Source of the DNA: Delftia acidovorans NBRC 14950
GTDB taxonomy: Bacteria > Pseudomonadota > Gammaproteobacteria > Burkholderiales > Burkholderiaceae_C
Assembly: GCF_001598795.1 (NCBI RefSeq)
Contig: NZ_BCZP01000016.1
Span: forward strand, 30,001-62,000
Direction: 5' to 3'
Length of the DNA: 32,000 nucleotides
A program made the translations under genes and the position numbers. Of the stretch, positions 16,352 to 26,226 are shown one piece after another (the first letter of the stretch is position 1; each line of letters opens with the position of its first letter). The notes under the pieces were generated by a model. That model worked only from the letters and a program-made list of their open reading frames with translations, made no database searches and had not been told where the DNA came from.

Positions 16352-16465
16352 GGAGCAATCCGGCGATCGGCGGCGATCGCAGTAGTGGGAGAGAGTGCCT
16401 GCCGCCAGCGCGGCGGCGCGCCATATTATGGGCGGGCACGGCGGGCGGCCATGGTACAAGCGGGC

Positions 16466-17275
16466 ATGTCCAAGTCTTTCACTCATGACCGCGCATCCGT
16501 GGAATGCGATCCCGAGACGGTGGTGGGCGTGGAGCAGCGCGGCTTCAACGCCTGGCCGGCCCAGCGCACCGTGCTCTGCGGCGACTGGCTGCTGCGCGCC
16601 GCGCAGGGCCATACCAAGCGCGCCAACTCGGCCAATGCCCAGCAGCCCGGCGCCCGCCTTGGCGCCTTGCTGCCGCAGATCGAGGCCTTCTACGAGCGCC
16701 AGGGCCTGCCTGCCATCTTTCGCCTCTCGCCCCTGGCAAGTCCCGAGGCGGATGCGCAGTTGGCGCAGGCCGGCTACCGGCTGGCCGACCCTTCCCTGGT
16801 GATGCGTGCCGCATTGACGGACATGGCGCCGCCAGCGAACGACCAGGGCTGGACCCTTGCCATTCAAGCCCAGCCTGGCACGGCCTGGCTGCAGGGCTTT
16901 GCCGAGGCCGGCGCCGTGCCGGAGCAGCACAGGCAGGCGCACCACCATATGCTGCAGTCCATTGCCTGGCCCGCCGCATTTGCTTCGCTGCAAGTGGGCG
17001 GTGGAGTGGGCGGCGAGGTGGTCGGGTTTGGCCTGGCCGTCGTGGAGCGCGGCTGCGTGGGCCTGTATGACATCGTCATCACGCCTGCGCTGCGCGGCCA
17101 GGGACTGGGCCGGGCGCTGGTGCATGGCCTGATGCACTGGGGGCAGACACAGGGAGCGCAATGGGCCGAACTGCAGGTGCGTGCGCCCAACATGGTGGCG
17201 CGCGGGCTGTATGAAAGCCTGGGCTTTCAGGCGCTCTACGGCTATCACTACCGGCTGCCTGCCTCTGCTCTTTGA
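16466..17275 (+). CDS. GNAT family N-acetyltransferase, two-domain type (cg3035/Rv0428c-like)
   Basis: The 3' part of fused ORF 15203..17275; the 5' part is antisense to selD. N-terminal motif NAWPAQRTVLCGDWLLRAAQGHTKRANSA. C-terminal GNAT core LYDIVITPALRGQGLGRALV. Start at ATG 16466, alternatively ATG 16451. A TATTAT hexamer sits at 16424-16429. Confidence 0.8.
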   Translation: MSKSFTHDRASVECDPETVVGVEQRGFNAWPAQRTVLCGDWLLRAAQGHTKRANSANAQQPGARLGALLPQIEAFYERQGLPAIFRLSPLASPEADAQLAQAGYRLADPSLVMRAALTDMAPPANDQGWTLAIQAQPGTAWLQGFAEAGAVPEQHRQAHHHMLQSIAWPAAFASLQVGGGVGGEVVGFGLAVVERGCVGLYDIVITPALRGQGLGRALVHGLMHWGQTQGAQWAELQVRAPNMVARGLYESLGFQALYGYHYRLPASAL

Positions 17276-17457
17276 TGCCTTACCGCATTGGGCCATCCAG
17301 GGCGCCCCGGCGTGACAGTCCCGGCGGCCAGATGGGGTCGATATGTGAAAAAATGCTTCAGTGCGCCAGCGTGGCGCAATGCATGGATATTCCGTTCAAG
17401 GAGCCTTGGTTGCCAGCTCGCACACATCGCATACATCACACATACCGCAGGTGGGGC

Positions 17458-18015
17458 ATGGATTGCAGGATCAAAGGCCTGTCTGCCCGGGCCTGGCTGG
17501 TCGTGGGTCTGCTGGCCTTGCAGGCCGGGCTGGTGGGGCAGGCACATGCGGAGCCGGCGGCCGATGAGCATGAGCTGGGGGTGACCCGCACCGTCGTAGG
17601 CATCCTGGGCTACACGCGCTGGCCCACGGAAAGCCCCGTGCTGCGGCTGTGCGTGGTGGGCTCCACCGAATATGCCGACGACCTGCTCAATGGCGCCCCG
17701 CAGACCGTGGGCAGCCAGCGGCTGGAAGTGCGGCGCGTGGTGCCCGTCGATGCGCGCGCCCTGGTCGAATGCGAGGGCATTTATGTCGGCCAGCTCGATG
17801 AGGCTGCCTGGCGCAAGCTCATGGAGCAACTGGCCGGGCGGCCGCTGCTGACCATCAGCGAGCGGGGCGAGCTGTGCCGCATCGGCGCCATGTTCTGCCT
17901 GCGCCGCCGTGGCGAGGGCGCGGGCTTCGAGGTCAGCCTCGACTCCGTGGCCCGCAGCGGCCTGCGTGTCAATCCCAAGGTGCTGCAACTGGCGCGCCAC
18001 AGGACCTTGCCATGA
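17458..18015 (+). CDS. yfiR: YfiR-family periplasmic regulator (DUF4154), 185 aa
   Basis: ATG at 17458 inside ORF 17272..18015. Signal peptide: LVVGLLALQAGLVGQAHA. VVGILGYTRWP and the CVVG motif are typical of YfiR. Its stop overlaps the next gene's start (ATGA at 18012-18015). Confidence 0.85.
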   Translation: MDCRIKGLSARAWLVVGLLALQAGLVGQAHAEPAADEHELGVTRTVVGILGYTRWPTESPVLRLCVVGSTEYADDLLNGAPQTVGSQRLEVRRVVPVDARALVECEGIYVGQLDEAAWRKLMEQLAGRPLLTISERGELCRIGAMFCLRRRGEGAGFEVSLDSVARSGLRVNPKVLQLARHRTLP

Positions 18016-19241
18016 AGTTGTCCCTGTCCGGCAATGCCTCCCTGCGCAACGTGATCCGCCGCGCGCACCTGCGCATGGCGGCGGTGGCCATCGCGCTGGC
18101 GGGGGCACTGCTGCTCATCGTCGGCGTGGCCACCCTGCGCCTGTACCTGTCCAACAACCTGCATCTGGTAGCCCGTTCGCTGGCCTATACGGTCGAGGCA
18201 TCGCTGGTCTTCGGTGACCGTGACGAGGCGGCCCGCGTGCTGGACCAGCTGCTGCGCGGCGAAGGCGTGGCTCATGCCGAGGTCTTCGATGCCGAGGGCC
18301 GCCCGTTCGTGCGGTGGTCGGGCCATGGTGGCTCGGCGCTGTCCAGCATCGGGGAGCTGCTGGCCGTGGGCATTGGCCTGCCGCGAGCCGAGGCCGATGT
18401 GCGCCAGGACGGCAGGCTGGTCGGCAGTGTGCAGCTGGCCAGCGATGGCGTGGGCCTGGTCCGCTTCCTGGGCGCAGGTTTCATCGTGCTGGTGCTGTGC
18501 GTGGGTGTCAGCGGCTATGTGGGCCTGCGCCAGTCGCGCCGCATGCTGCGCGACATTGCCGAGCCGCTGCAGCAGCTGGCGCGCGTGGCCCGGGCCGTGC
18601 GCCATGACCGATCCATGGACCAGCGCGTGCCGCTGGCGCGCATTGCCGAGCTGCGCGAGTTGGGCGACAACTTCAACGCCCTGCTGGCCGAGCTGCAGAC
18701 GCGCCATGAGCGGCTGCAGCAGCAAAATTCGGCGCTGGAGCGACAGGCTTCGCGCGACAGCCTCACTGGGCTGGCCAACCGGCTGCATTTCGAGCAGCGA
18801 CTGCAGCAGGCGCTGGACAGTGCGGCGGAGAGCGGGCAGAAGCTGGCCGTGCTGTTTCTGGACAACGACCGCTTCAAGCAGGTCAACGATGCCTACGGCC
18901 ATGCCGTGGGCGATGTGCTGCTCAAGGCGGTGGGTGCCCGGCTGCGCTCGCAGGTGCGCGAGACCGATCTGGTCGCCCGCCTGGGTGGCGACGAATTCGC
19001 CATCCTGCTCTATCCCATCGGCGGCGGCGGCGATGCGCAGATGGTGCAGGACAAGATAGAGGCCGCCATGCGCGAGCCCCTGGTCGTTGGCGACGGCGTG
19101 GTGCTGCAGCCTTCGGTCAGCGCGGGCGTCGCCCTTTTTCCCAAGCATGGCCAGAGCATGGAGACGCTGATGCGCCATGCAGACCAGGCCATGTACCAGG
19201 CCAAGGCCATGCGCCAGGCCGAACGAATCACAGGAGGATGA
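18012..19241 (+). CDS. yfiN: YfiN/TpbB-type diguanylate cyclase (periplasmic sensor, HAMP, GGDEF), 409 aa
   Basis: ATG at 18012 inside ORF 17874..19241. Two TM segments flank a periplasmic domain of about 130 aa. HAMP, then SLTGLANRLHF, DNDRFKQVNDAYGHAVGD, RLGGDEF. RxxD I-site present (RETD). Operon context yfiR-yfiN-yfiB. Confidence 0.88.
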   Translation: MKLSLSGNASLRNVIRRAHLRMAAVAIALAGALLLIVGVATLRLYLSNNLHLVARSLAYTVEASLVFGDRDEAARVLDQLLRGEGVAHAEVFDAEGRPFVRWSGHGGSALSSIGELLAVGIGLPRAEADVRQDGRLVGSVQLASDGVGLVRFLGAGFIVLVLCVGVSGYVGLRQSRRMLRDIAEPLQQLARVARAVRHDRSMDQRVPLARIAELRELGDNFNALLAELQTRHERLQQQNSALERQASRDSLTGLANRLHFEQRLQQALDSAAESGQKLAVLFLDNDRFKQVNDAYGHAVGDVLLKAVGARLRSQVRETDLVARLGGDEFAILLYPIGGGGDAQMVQDKIEAAMREPLVVGDGVVLQPSVSAGVALFPKHGQSMETLMRHADQAMYQAKAMRQAERITGG

Positions 19242-19242
19242 C

Positions 19243-19749
19243 ATGTTGAAACGACGGAGCTGGATCCGGATGTGCGGCGCAGGTGCGGCCGCAGTGCTGG
19301 CCCTTGCACTGGTCGGTTGCCAGACGGTGCCGCAGGCGCCGGCCAAGGCGCCGGGGCTGACCGAAGAACAGCAGCAGTTGCTGCGCAGCCAGGGTTTTGC
19401 GCAGGCAGACCAGGGCTGGGAGCTGCAGATGTCGGGCAAGCTGCTGTTCGGCTTTGATTCGGCCGAAGTCGGCGCCCAGGCGCGCACCAAGGTGCTGGAG
19501 TTGGGCCGTGCCCTCAAGGGCGTGGGCATCGAGCGGCTGCGCGTGGAAGGCCATACGGACGATCGCGGCAGCGATGCCTACAACATGCGCCTGTCGCTGC
19601 GCCGCGCAGAGGCCGTGGCCGACGTGCTGGCCGAAGCTGGCCTGGCGCGCCAGGATATCGAGGTCAAGGGCCTGGGACGCGCCATGCCCGTGGTGCCCAG
19701 CGATGCAGCGGAGAACCGCCGCGTGGCCATCGTCGTGCCCTTGCAATAG
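19243..19749 (+). CDS. yfiB: YfiB-type OmpA-family outer-membrane lipoprotein (168 aa)
   Basis: ATG at 19243 with AGGAGG at 19232-19237. Lipobox LVGC. C-terminal OmpA/peptidoglycan-binding motif: EGHTDDRGSDAYNMRLSLRRAEAV...NRRVAIVV. Confidence 0.88.
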   Translation: MLKRRSWIRMCGAGAAAVLALALVGCQTVPQAPAKAPGLTEEQQQLLRSQGFAQADQGWELQMSGKLLFGFDSAEVGAQARTKVLELGRALKGVGIERLRVEGHTDDRGSDAYNMRLSLRRAEAVADVLAEAGLARQDIEVKGLGRAMPVVPSDAAENRRVAIVVPLQ

Positions 19750-19781
19750 CCGGAACCTGGCTGGAATCAGAGTCGGGGGAT

Positions 19782-19877
19782 TGGCGGAAAGCAGCAGGAG
19801 TCGAACCTACCCAGGAGCGGCTGACGCCCCTGACCGGGTTTGAAGCCCGGGCGCACCACCGGGTGCGTATGCTTTCC
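19782..19877 (-). tRNA. selC: tRNA-Sec (anticodon UCA)
   Basis: Minus strand: GGAAAGCATACGCACCCGGTGGTGCGCCCGGGCTTCAAACCCGGTCAGGGGCGTCAGCCGCTCCTGGGTAGGTTCGACTCCTGCTGCTTTCCGCCA. It has an 8-bp acceptor stem (GGAAAGCA/TGCTTTCC), a 6-bp D stem (CGCACC/GGTGCG) and anticodon loop CTTCAAA. There is also a long variable arm, a 5-bp T stem and an encoded CCA, giving the bacterial 8/5 tRNA-Sec architecture. Confidence 0.93.
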
Positions 19878-19893
19878 TTCTGGATGTTGGGCA

Positions 19894-19949
19894 CCCCCTG
19901 AGGCGCTTACGCGCCTTCCCCCTCTCTACCCGCTTCGCGGGGGAGGGGG
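19894..19949 (+). repeat. REP-like double-hairpin intergenic repeat, copy 2 (selB-selC spacer)
   Basis: CCCCCTGAGGCGCTTACGCGCCTTCCCCCTCTCTACCCGCTTCGCGGGGGAGGGGG. It shares CCCCCTGAG, a short GC hairpin, TTCCCCCTCT and GCTTCGCGGGGG with the reverse complement of 24616-24662. Confidence 0.6.
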
Positions 19950-20052
19950 ACGACGCCATCGCCGCGAGGCGGCTCTTGCTCGGCGTCCCTGGGTTGGGCC
20001 GCGCCGCTGCAAGCGGTATGTCCAAAGCCGGACATTGTAGCGGCCCCTTGCC

Positions 20053-21984
20053 TCAGATTCTTGCTGTGGCACCAGTGGTCCACTGCACATCGGGGCGCAG
20101 CAGGTGGGCGTCGCGCAGGCGGCGGGTGTAGCCGATGCGGTCGAAGAATTCGAGGATCTGGATGGCGCGTTTGCGGCCCAGGCCGGTGGCGTCGCGGAAG
20201 GCGTGGGCCTGGATTTCGGCGTTGGGGGTGGAGGAGGCCAGCTCGCGGACCAGGGCCGCGAGTTCGTCCATGCGGGCTGCCGTGTAGAACAGGTCCTTGG
20301 TGACTTGGAACAATTGGCCCTGGCGTGCGAGCTTGCGCAGCAGCTGGCGCACGGTTTCCTCGCCCGTGGCGCTGTCGCGGGCCAGGTCGCGCACCCAGGG
20401 CGGGTCGTAGCGGCCGGCCTCGATGGCGGGCAGCAGTTTCTGGGCGATCTGCGTTTCACTGTCCGACAGCTGCACGCTGTGGCCGGGCAGGTGCAGCCAG
20501 GCGCCGCTGGCGGCCAGGCTGCCGTCCTGCAGCAGGGCTTGCAGCAGGCCTTTCCACAGCGCGTCATGCCCTGCATGTACCAGGCCCGACAGTGCCATGC
20601 GGCGCAGGCGTGCGGCGTTCACGCCGGGCTCGTCGGGGCTTTTGTCGTGGAAGCGCGCCATGCTGTCCAGCACCTGGTTGCGCAGTTGCTGCAAGCGTGC
20701 CTCGCCCAGCAGCAGCGTATCGCCCTCGGCCAAGGGGAGGCGGTGCAGGCGGGCATCCGTGGCCACCGATGCGCGGCCCGTCAGGCGCATGAGCTGCGAC
20801 GTGGCAATGCCGTGCGCCGCGCCTTGCACCAGCGCGCTGGCGTCCCCGGTGGCAATCAGCGATTCCAGCGCCTGCAGATAGGCCGTGCGCTCGGGGCTGC
20901 GGCGCTTGCGTGCGGGTGCAAAGGGGTCGATGACGCTGCCGCCGGCAATGGTGCGGCTGGCCTGGGCATTGCGCACGATGAGCCGGTCGCCGGGTTGGGC
21001 ATGTACGGGCATGTCCAGCACCAGTTGGACGATGGCCTGTTCGCCCGGGCCCAGCGGCTGGTCCTGCAGCAGGGCCACGTGGGCCGTGCAGCGCGCCGTA
21101 CCGATGTGCACATGCACAGGCGTCCATTGGGCCAGTGATGGCGCATCGGCCAGCAGTTGCAGGCGCACGTCGATGCGGTCGCTGGCCTGCAGCAGCCGTG
21201 CGTCGGCGATCCAGTCGCCGCGCGTGATGGCTTCCTTGGCAATGCCCGACAGGTTGAGCGCGCAGCGCTGGCCGGCCAGGCCCTGTTCGCTGGCCTGGTT
21301 CTGGGCATGCAGGCTGCGCACGCGCACCTCGGTGCCCGAGGCCGAGTGCACCAGCGTGTCGCCCACCTTCACCTGCCCGCCGAACACGGTGCCCGTGACC
21401 ACGGTGCCCTGGCCCGGCAGCGTGAAGCTGCGGTCCACGGCCAGGCGGAACAGCCCGTCGCTGGCCCGCGCGGGAATGGACTGGGCGCGCGCCATGAGGT
21501 GCTCGCGCAGCTGCGCCACGCCTGCGTCGTCAGGCAGGGCTGCCGCGGTAGGGAAGACCGGCGCGCCGGCCAGTGGCGTGGGGGCCAGCAGGGCCCCGAT
21601 CTCGGCCCGCACCTGCTGCAGCCGCTCGGGCGTGGCGCGGTCGGCCTTGGTCAGGGCCACGGTGGCTTCGCGCACGCCCAGCAGCTGCAGGATGTCCAGG
21701 TGCTCGCGCGTCTGCGGCATGACGCCGTCGTCGGCGGCCACCACCAGCAGGGCATGGTCTATGCCCACGGCGCCTGCGGCCATGGTGTGCACGAATTTCT
21801 CGTGGCCGGGCACGTCGATGATGCCCAGCACCTCGCCATTGGGCAGCGGCGTGTAGGCATAGCCCAGCTCGATGGAGATGCCGCGCGCCTTCTCTTCCTT
21901 GAGTCGGTCGGTGTCCACGCCCGTGAGCGCGCGCACCAGGGTGGTCTTGCCGTGGTCGATGTGGCCGGCGGTGCCGATGATCAT
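20053..21984 (-). CDS. selB: selenocysteine-specific translation elongation factor SelB (643 aa)
   Basis: ATG at 21984 inside ORF 20053..22086. [44 protein letters not shown] is the G domain. DVPGHEKF is G3 and ALTKAD is G4. Long C-terminal winged-helix region. Confidence 0.93.
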   Translation of the reverse strand: MIIGTAGHIDHGKTTLVRALTGVDTDRLKEEKARGISIELGYAYTPLPNGEVLGIIDVPGHEKFVHTMAAGAVGIDHALLVVAADDGVMPQTREHLDILQLLGVREATVALTKADRATPERLQQVRAEIGALLAPTPLAGAPVFPTAAALPDDAGVAQLREHLMARAQSIPARASDGLFRLAVDRSFTLPGQGTVVTGTVFGGQVKVGDTLVHSASGTEVRVRSLHAQNQASEQGLAGQRCALNLSGIAKEAITRGDWIADARLLQASDRIDVRLQLLADAPSLAQWTPVHVHIGTARCTAHVALLQDQPLGPGEQAIVQLVLDMPVHAQPGDRLIVRNAQASRTIAGGSVIDPFAPARKRRSPERTAYLQALESLIATGDASALVQGAAHGIATSQLMRLTGRASVATDARLHRLPLAEGDTLLLGEARLQQLRNQVLDSMARFHDKSPDEPGVNAARLRRMALSGLVHAGHDALWKGLLQALLQDGSLAASGAWLHLPGHSVQLSDSETQIAQKLLPAIEAGRYDPPWVRDLARDSATGEETVRQLLRKLARQGQLFQVTKDLFYTAARMDELAALVRELASSTPNAEIQAHAFRDATGLGRKRAIQILEFFDRIGYTRRLRDAHLLRPDVQWTTGATARI

Positions 21985-21994
21985 GCGTTCGTCC

Positions 21995-23461
21995 TCAGGC
22001 GATGTGCAGCAGCGGCAGCTGTTCGGTGAAGGCCGGCTCGTCGGCTGCCTCCAGGCAGCGCAGGTCCAGCCACAGCGCGTCGTCATGCAGCCGGCCGATG
22101 ACGGGGCGCGGCAGGCCGCGCAGGCCGGCCTCCAGCCGGGTGAGCTGGCGGCCAGCCTGGCGTCCGTCGGCCGGATGCAGGCGCAGGCCCCAGCTGGGCA
22201 GGTTTTCCACGGGCAGGGCGCCGCTGCCGATCTGGCTGTTCATCTCGGCGGTTTCCACCACGTAGCGACTGCCCAGCGCCTGCTGCACCAGCGGCTGCAG
22301 CGCCTGCGCGCGGGCCTGCATGTCGGCCTGGGGGCGCGTGAACAGGCGCAGCGTGGTCAGGCGCTCGGCCAGCTTTTCGGGGTGCAGGTACAGGCGCAGC
22401 GTGGGCTCCAGCGCGGCCAGGGTGAGCTTGCTCACGCGCAGTGCGCGCTTGAGCGGATGTTTCTTGATGCGGGCGATCAGGTCCTTGCGGCCCACGATCA
22501 GGCCGGCCTGCGGGCCGCCCAGCAGCTTGTCGCCGCTGAAGGTGACGATGTCGGCGCCCGACTCGATGGTCTCGCGCACCGTGACCTCGTAGGGCAGGCC
22601 CCATTCGCGCAGATCGACCAGGGTGCCGCTGCCCAGGTCCACCACCATCTGCAGGCCACGCGCATGGGCAATGGATGCCACCTCCGCGTCGCTCACGGCC
22701 TTGGTGAAGCCGGTGATGGCGTAGTTGCTGCAATGCACCTTCATGAGCAGGCCGGTGTGTTCGCCGACAGCGCTTTCGTAGTCGCGCGCATGGGTGCGGT
22801 TGGTGGTGCCCACCTCGACCAGGGTGGCGCCTGCGCGCGTCATCACGTCGGGAATGCGGAAGGCGCCGCCGATCTCCACCAGCTCGCCGCGCGAGACGAT
22901 GACCTCGCGCCCGGCCGCCAGCGTGGCCAGGGTCAGCAGCACGGCGGCGGCGTTGTTGTTGACGACGGTGCAGGCCTCGGCGCCCGTGAGTTCGCAGACC
23001 AGGGATTCGATCAGGTCGTCGCGGTCGCCACGGCCGCCGTCTTCCAGGTCGTACTCCAGGTTGGCCGGCGCCGTCATGGCGGCCACCACGGCGTCCACCG
23101 CCTCCCGCGGCAGCAGGGCGCGGCCCAGGTTGGTGTGCAGCACCGTGCCCGTGAGGTTGAAGACCGTGCGCAGCCGGGGCGCAAAGCGCCGCGCCAGGCG
23201 CAGGCCGGCCGCCTGCACCACCTCAGTGATGCCGGGCGCGCCTGCATCGGGCTCGCCGGACCGCAGCCGCTCCTGCGCATCGGCCCGCATCTGCGCCAGG
23301 GATTCGCGCACGGCCTGGGTGCAGGCATCAAGGCCGTGGCGCTCGCGCAGCGCGAGCATGTCGGCGCTTAGCAGCACCTTGTCCACGGCAGGCAGGCGCA
23401 GCGCGGACGGGGCAGGGGAGGCGGCAGGGGAGGCGGCAGAGGGGGCGGCGGTATCGGTCAT
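21995..23461 (-). CDS. selA: L-seryl-tRNA(Sec) selenium transferase SelA (488 aa)
   Basis: ATG at 23461 inside ORF 21995..23689. [23 protein letters not shown] and the PLP lysine region [13 protein letters not shown] are typical of SelA. Its stop lies 10 nt before the selB start. Confidence 0.93.
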   Translation of the reverse strand: MTDTAAPSAASPAASPAPSALRLPAVDKVLLSADMLALRERHGLDACTQAVRESLAQMRADAQERLRSGEPDAGAPGITEVVQAAGLRLARRFAPRLRTVFNLTGTVLHTNLGRALLPREAVDAVVAAMTAPANLEYDLEDGGRGDRDDLIESLVCELTGAEACTVVNNNAAAVLLTLATLAAGREVIVSRGELVEIGGAFRIPDVMTRAGATLVEVGTTNRTHARDYESAVGEHTGLLMKVHCSNYAITGFTKAVSDAEVASIAHARGLQMVVDLGSGTLVDLREWGLPYEVTVRETIESGADIVTFSGDKLLGGPQAGLIVGRKDLIARIKKHPLKRALRVSKLTLAALEPTLRLYLHPEKLAERLTTLRLFTRPQADMQARAQALQPLVQQALGSRYVVETAEMNSQIGSGALPVENLPSWGLRLHPADGRQAGRQLTRLEAGLRGLPRPVIGRLHDDALWLDLRCLEAADEPAFTEQLPLLHIA

Positions 23462-23475
23462 GGCGTGCGAAAGGG

Positions 23476-24450
23476 TCAGGCAGCAGGCGTGGCGGGGTCG
23501 ATCAACGCGTCGCCGGCCTCGTCCTGCTCCTCGGCAAAGGCCACGTAGAGCAGGGGATTGGCGCTGGCGCGCTGAAAGCGCGTCTCCTCGCCCATCAGCA
23601 GGTCCAGCATCAGCGAGGCCAGGTCGTCGGCCAGGGGCTCGGCCATCGGGTCCTTTTCCTGGTTGACCACCTTGCGGTAGCTGCCGCATTCCTCGCAGGT
23701 CTCGGCCAGCACGGTATCGCCTGCGCCATCGATGCCCTGGTATTCAACGCCCTTGGTCGACTCGCAGTGGGAGCACTTGACGCGCACCATGTGCCACTCC
23801 GTGCAGCAGGTGCCGCAGTGCAGGTAGCGGTGGCCCGCCGCCTTGCCGCCAATGCGCAGCACGCTGGCCACGGGCTCGCTGGCGCAGACGGGGCAGATCG
23901 AGGCGGGATCGGTGTAGGGCACGTCGCGGGCGCTCAGGCCGCTGGCGCGCGTGGCAAACACCACCTGCAGCGCAGCCATCACAAAAGGCGCCATGCCCAC
24001 GTGGCGGGCCGCCACTTCCTTTTGCAGCAGCCGCTGCGCGATCTCGTCACGCCCGGCCGTGTCCAGCGCGCGCAGCTCCTGCAGCAGCGGCTGCAGCGGC
24101 GCAGGCAGGCCATCGGCGCCCGACAGGGCATCGAGCATGCGGTCCAGCACGCCATGCCAGGCGGCATCGATATGGTCGGCGGCAGGCAGCAGCGGCATGG
24201 AATGCTCCTGCGCCCGGGCGATCAGCGCCGCATCGGGCTCGGCCAGCGTCAACTGCCCGGCCGCCTTGGCCTGCGCGTCCACGATCTGCGCCACAAACCG
24301 CAGGTAATCGGCAATCGGATTGCCCTCGGCCAGCTGCCGCAGCCGCGCCGCGCGCTCGCTGAACAGCCCCGGCAACTGCGGCAGCAGCACGCGCGGAAAA
24401 CTGGTGTGGTCCAGCGACTCGATATCGCCAGGTTGAAGAATGCGTTGCAT
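23476..24450 (-). CDS. fdhE: formate dehydrogenase accessory protein FdhE (324 aa)
   Basis: ATG at 24450 inside ORF 23476..24471, whose own start is TTG. N-terminus: [12 protein letters not shown]...[23 protein letters not shown]. Four CxxC pairs ([27 protein letters not shown]). Confidence 0.9.
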   Translation of the reverse strand: MQRILQPGDIESLDHTSFPRVLLPQLPGLFSERAARLRQLAEGNPIADYLRFVAQIVDAQAKAAGQLTLAEPDAALIARAQEHSMPLLPAADHIDAAWHGVLDRMLDALSGADGLPAPLQPLLQELRALDTAGRDEIAQRLLQKEVAARHVGMAPFVMAALQVVFATRASGLSARDVPYTDPASICPVCASEPVASVLRIGGKAAGHRYLHCGTCCTEWHMVRVKCSHCESTKGVEYQGIDGAGDTVLAETCEECGSYRKVVNQEKDPMAEPLADDLASLMLDLLMGEETRFQRASANPLLYVAFAEEQDEAGDALIDPATPAA

Positions 24451-24615
24451 TGGAATGTTCCAAAAAGACAATCGCCCAGCGTCCAGGGACGCCGGGCGGC
24501 TGGTGGCTTCAGGCGAAAGGCTAACACGGGGTTGCGCATTGTCCTTGGCCTATGAAACCGGCTGGCCCCAGATCAGGGGCACCGAGGAAGGGCCGCCCCG
24601 CACCGAGGGTGCCGT

Positions 24616-24662
24616 CCCCCCCCGCGAAGCGAGAGGGGGAAGCGGCGCAGCCGCTCAGGGGG
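24616..24662 (-). repeat. REP-like double-hairpin intergenic repeat, copy 1 (between the gamma subunit gene and fdhE)
   Basis: Minus strand: CCCCCTGAGCGGCTGCGCCGCTTCCCCCTCTCGCTTCGCGGGGGGGG. It starts 1 nt after the gamma-subunit stop. It is in the opposite orientation to copy 2 (19894-19949). Confidence 0.6.
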
Positions 24663-24663
24663 C

Positions 24664-25290
24664 TCAGTCGTTGTCACCGGTCATCTTGCGATACCACCCC
24701 CGGTGGTGCTGCTTGGCCCAGGCCCGCGTCACCGTGCCGTACAGCATGGCGCGGATGGTGCCCCGGGTCCAGATGGCCGCGTACACGTGCATGATGATCA
24801 GGCCGATCATCCACACGCCCGCAATGGCATGCACCACCGAGGCGGCGCGCACCACGTTGACGGGCAGCGTCCACCAGGCGCGCCACATGAGCGCGCCGGT
24901 CACGGTGATCGCCAGCATGCCGATGACCAGGCCCCAGAACAGCAGCTTCTGGCCGCCGTTGTACTTGCCCTGCTCGGGCATGTCGTGGTCGTCGCCGTCG
25001 ATCATCTTGTTGACGTTCTTGAGCCACTCGATGTCGCGCGGCTCGACCACGTTCAGGCGCCAGAAGCGCAGCGCCATGATGATGAAGAACAGCGCCATCA
25101 CCACCCCGATGTAGGGGTGCAGGATGCGCGTCCACGGCCCGCCGCCGAACAGCTGCGTGAGCGGGAAGAAGGCCGGGTGGAAGAACGCCAGGCCCGACAG
25201 CGCCAGCAGGATGAAGCAGATGCCGACCACCCAGTGGTTGGCACGCTCCGATGCGTTGTAGCGCACCAGGTCACGTGGGTTGCGTTTCAT
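24664..25290 (-). CDS. fdnI: formate dehydrogenase gamma subunit (cytochrome b556, FdnI/FdoI type)
   Basis: 208 aa. [13 protein letters not shown] carries a heme-ligand His. Four TM helices. ATGA overlap with the beta-subunit stop (25287-25290). Confidence 0.9.
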   Translation of the reverse strand: MKRNPRDLVRYNASERANHWVVGICFILLALSGLAFFHPAFFPLTQLFGGGPWTRILHPYIGVVMALFFIIMALRFWRLNVVEPRDIEWLKNVNKMIDGDDHDMPEQGKYNGGQKLLFWGLVIGMLAITVTGALMWRAWWTLPVNVVRAASVVHAIAGVWMIGLIIMHVYAAIWTRGTIRAMLYGTVTRAWAKQHHRGWYRKMTGDND

Positions 25291-26216
25291 CGGCGGGCCT
25301 CCTTTTCAGCGGCTTCCTGGTCCTTGCGGTCCATTTCGTCTTCCAGTTCCTTGGACACGTCGTTCGGGCCCTTGGTGATGTAGTGGAACAGGCTGCCGAC
25401 GGCAGCTGCGCCCAGCGCGGCCATGGCCAGCGGCTTGGCAACGCCCTTCCACAGGGACACCATGGGGCTGATCTTCGGGTCGTCGGGCAGGCCCTTGTAC
25501 AGCGAAGGCTTGTCCGCGTGATGCAGCACGTACATCACATGGGTGCCGCCCACGCCTTGCGGGTCATAGAGGCCGGCCTCGGCATAGCCGCGCCGCTTGA
25601 GGTCGCCGATGCGGTGCTCGGCCTGGTCCTTCATCGCCTCCTTGGTGCCAAACATGATGGCGCCGGTGGGGCAGGTCTTGACACAGGCAGGCTCGCGGCC
25701 AACGGCCACGCGGTCCGAGCACAGCGTGCACTTGTAGGCCTTGTGGTCCTTCTTGGAAATGCGCGGAATGTTGAACGGGCAGCCCGTGACGCAGTAGCCG
25801 CAGCCCACGCACTGGTCCTGCTGGAAGTCCACGATGCCGTTGCTGTACTGCACGATGGCGCCCGGCGAGGGGCAGGCCTTCAGGCAGCCCGGGTCCTCGC
25901 AGTGCATGCAGCCGTCCTTGCGGATCAGCCACTCCAGGTTGCCGGTCGCTTCGTTCTCGTACTCGGTAAAGCGCATGACGGTCCACGACTGATCGGTCAG
26001 ATCGGTCGGGTTGTCATAGACGCCGGCCGCGCAGGTTCCGATTTCGTCGCGCAGGTCGTTCCACTCCATGCAGGCGGTCTGGCAGGCCTTGCACCCGATG
26101 CACTTGGAGACATCGATGAGCTTGGCCACCTCGCCGCTGTGCGTTTCGCGCGCACTGGGAGCAGGCGTCGTCGTGGCCGAGCGACGCTTGATATCGAGAG
26201 ACATGGTTGATGACAT
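25287..26216 (-). CDS. fdxH: formate dehydrogenase beta (iron-sulfur) subunit (FdnH/FdoH/FdxH type)
   Basis: 309 aa. Ferredoxin-type clusters [37 protein letters not shown] and CTLCSDR...CVKTCP. C-terminal TM anchor. AGGAG lies 6 nt upstream of the ATG at 26216. Confidence 0.92.
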   Translation of the reverse strand: MSSTMSLDIKRRSATTTPAPSARETHSGEVAKLIDVSKCIGCKACQTACMEWNDLRDEIGTCAAGVYDNPTDLTDQSWTVMRFTEYENEATGNLEWLIRKDGCMHCEDPGCLKACPSPGAIVQYSNGIVDFQQDQCVGCGYCVTGCPFNIPRISKKDHKAYKCTLCSDRVAVGREPACVKTCPTGAIMFGTKEAMKDQAEHRIGDLKRRGYAEAGLYDPQGVGGTHVMYVLHHADKPSLYKGLPDDPKISPMVSLWKGVAKPLAMAALGAAAVGSLFHYITKGPNDVSKELEDEMDRKDQEAAEKEARR

Positions 26217-26226
26217 CAGCTGCTCC

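Noticed and set aside
16352-19781. A selC-associated genomic island carrying the GNAT gene and yfiRNB.
   Set aside because: No integrase or other mobility gene, no visible duplicated tRNA 3' end, and GC and codon usage indistinguishable from the flanks. I retained it only as a low-interest synteny question.
597-23689. N-terminal extensions offered by the ORF track (starts at 597, 2522, 3097, 8063, 12655, 17272, 17874, 19177, 22086, 23689, 24471, 31972, 17296, 15203).
   Set aside because: In each case an internal ATG coincides with the family-typical N-terminus, signal peptide, SD sequence or translational coupling. The extension has atypical composition or is antisense to a neighbouring gene.
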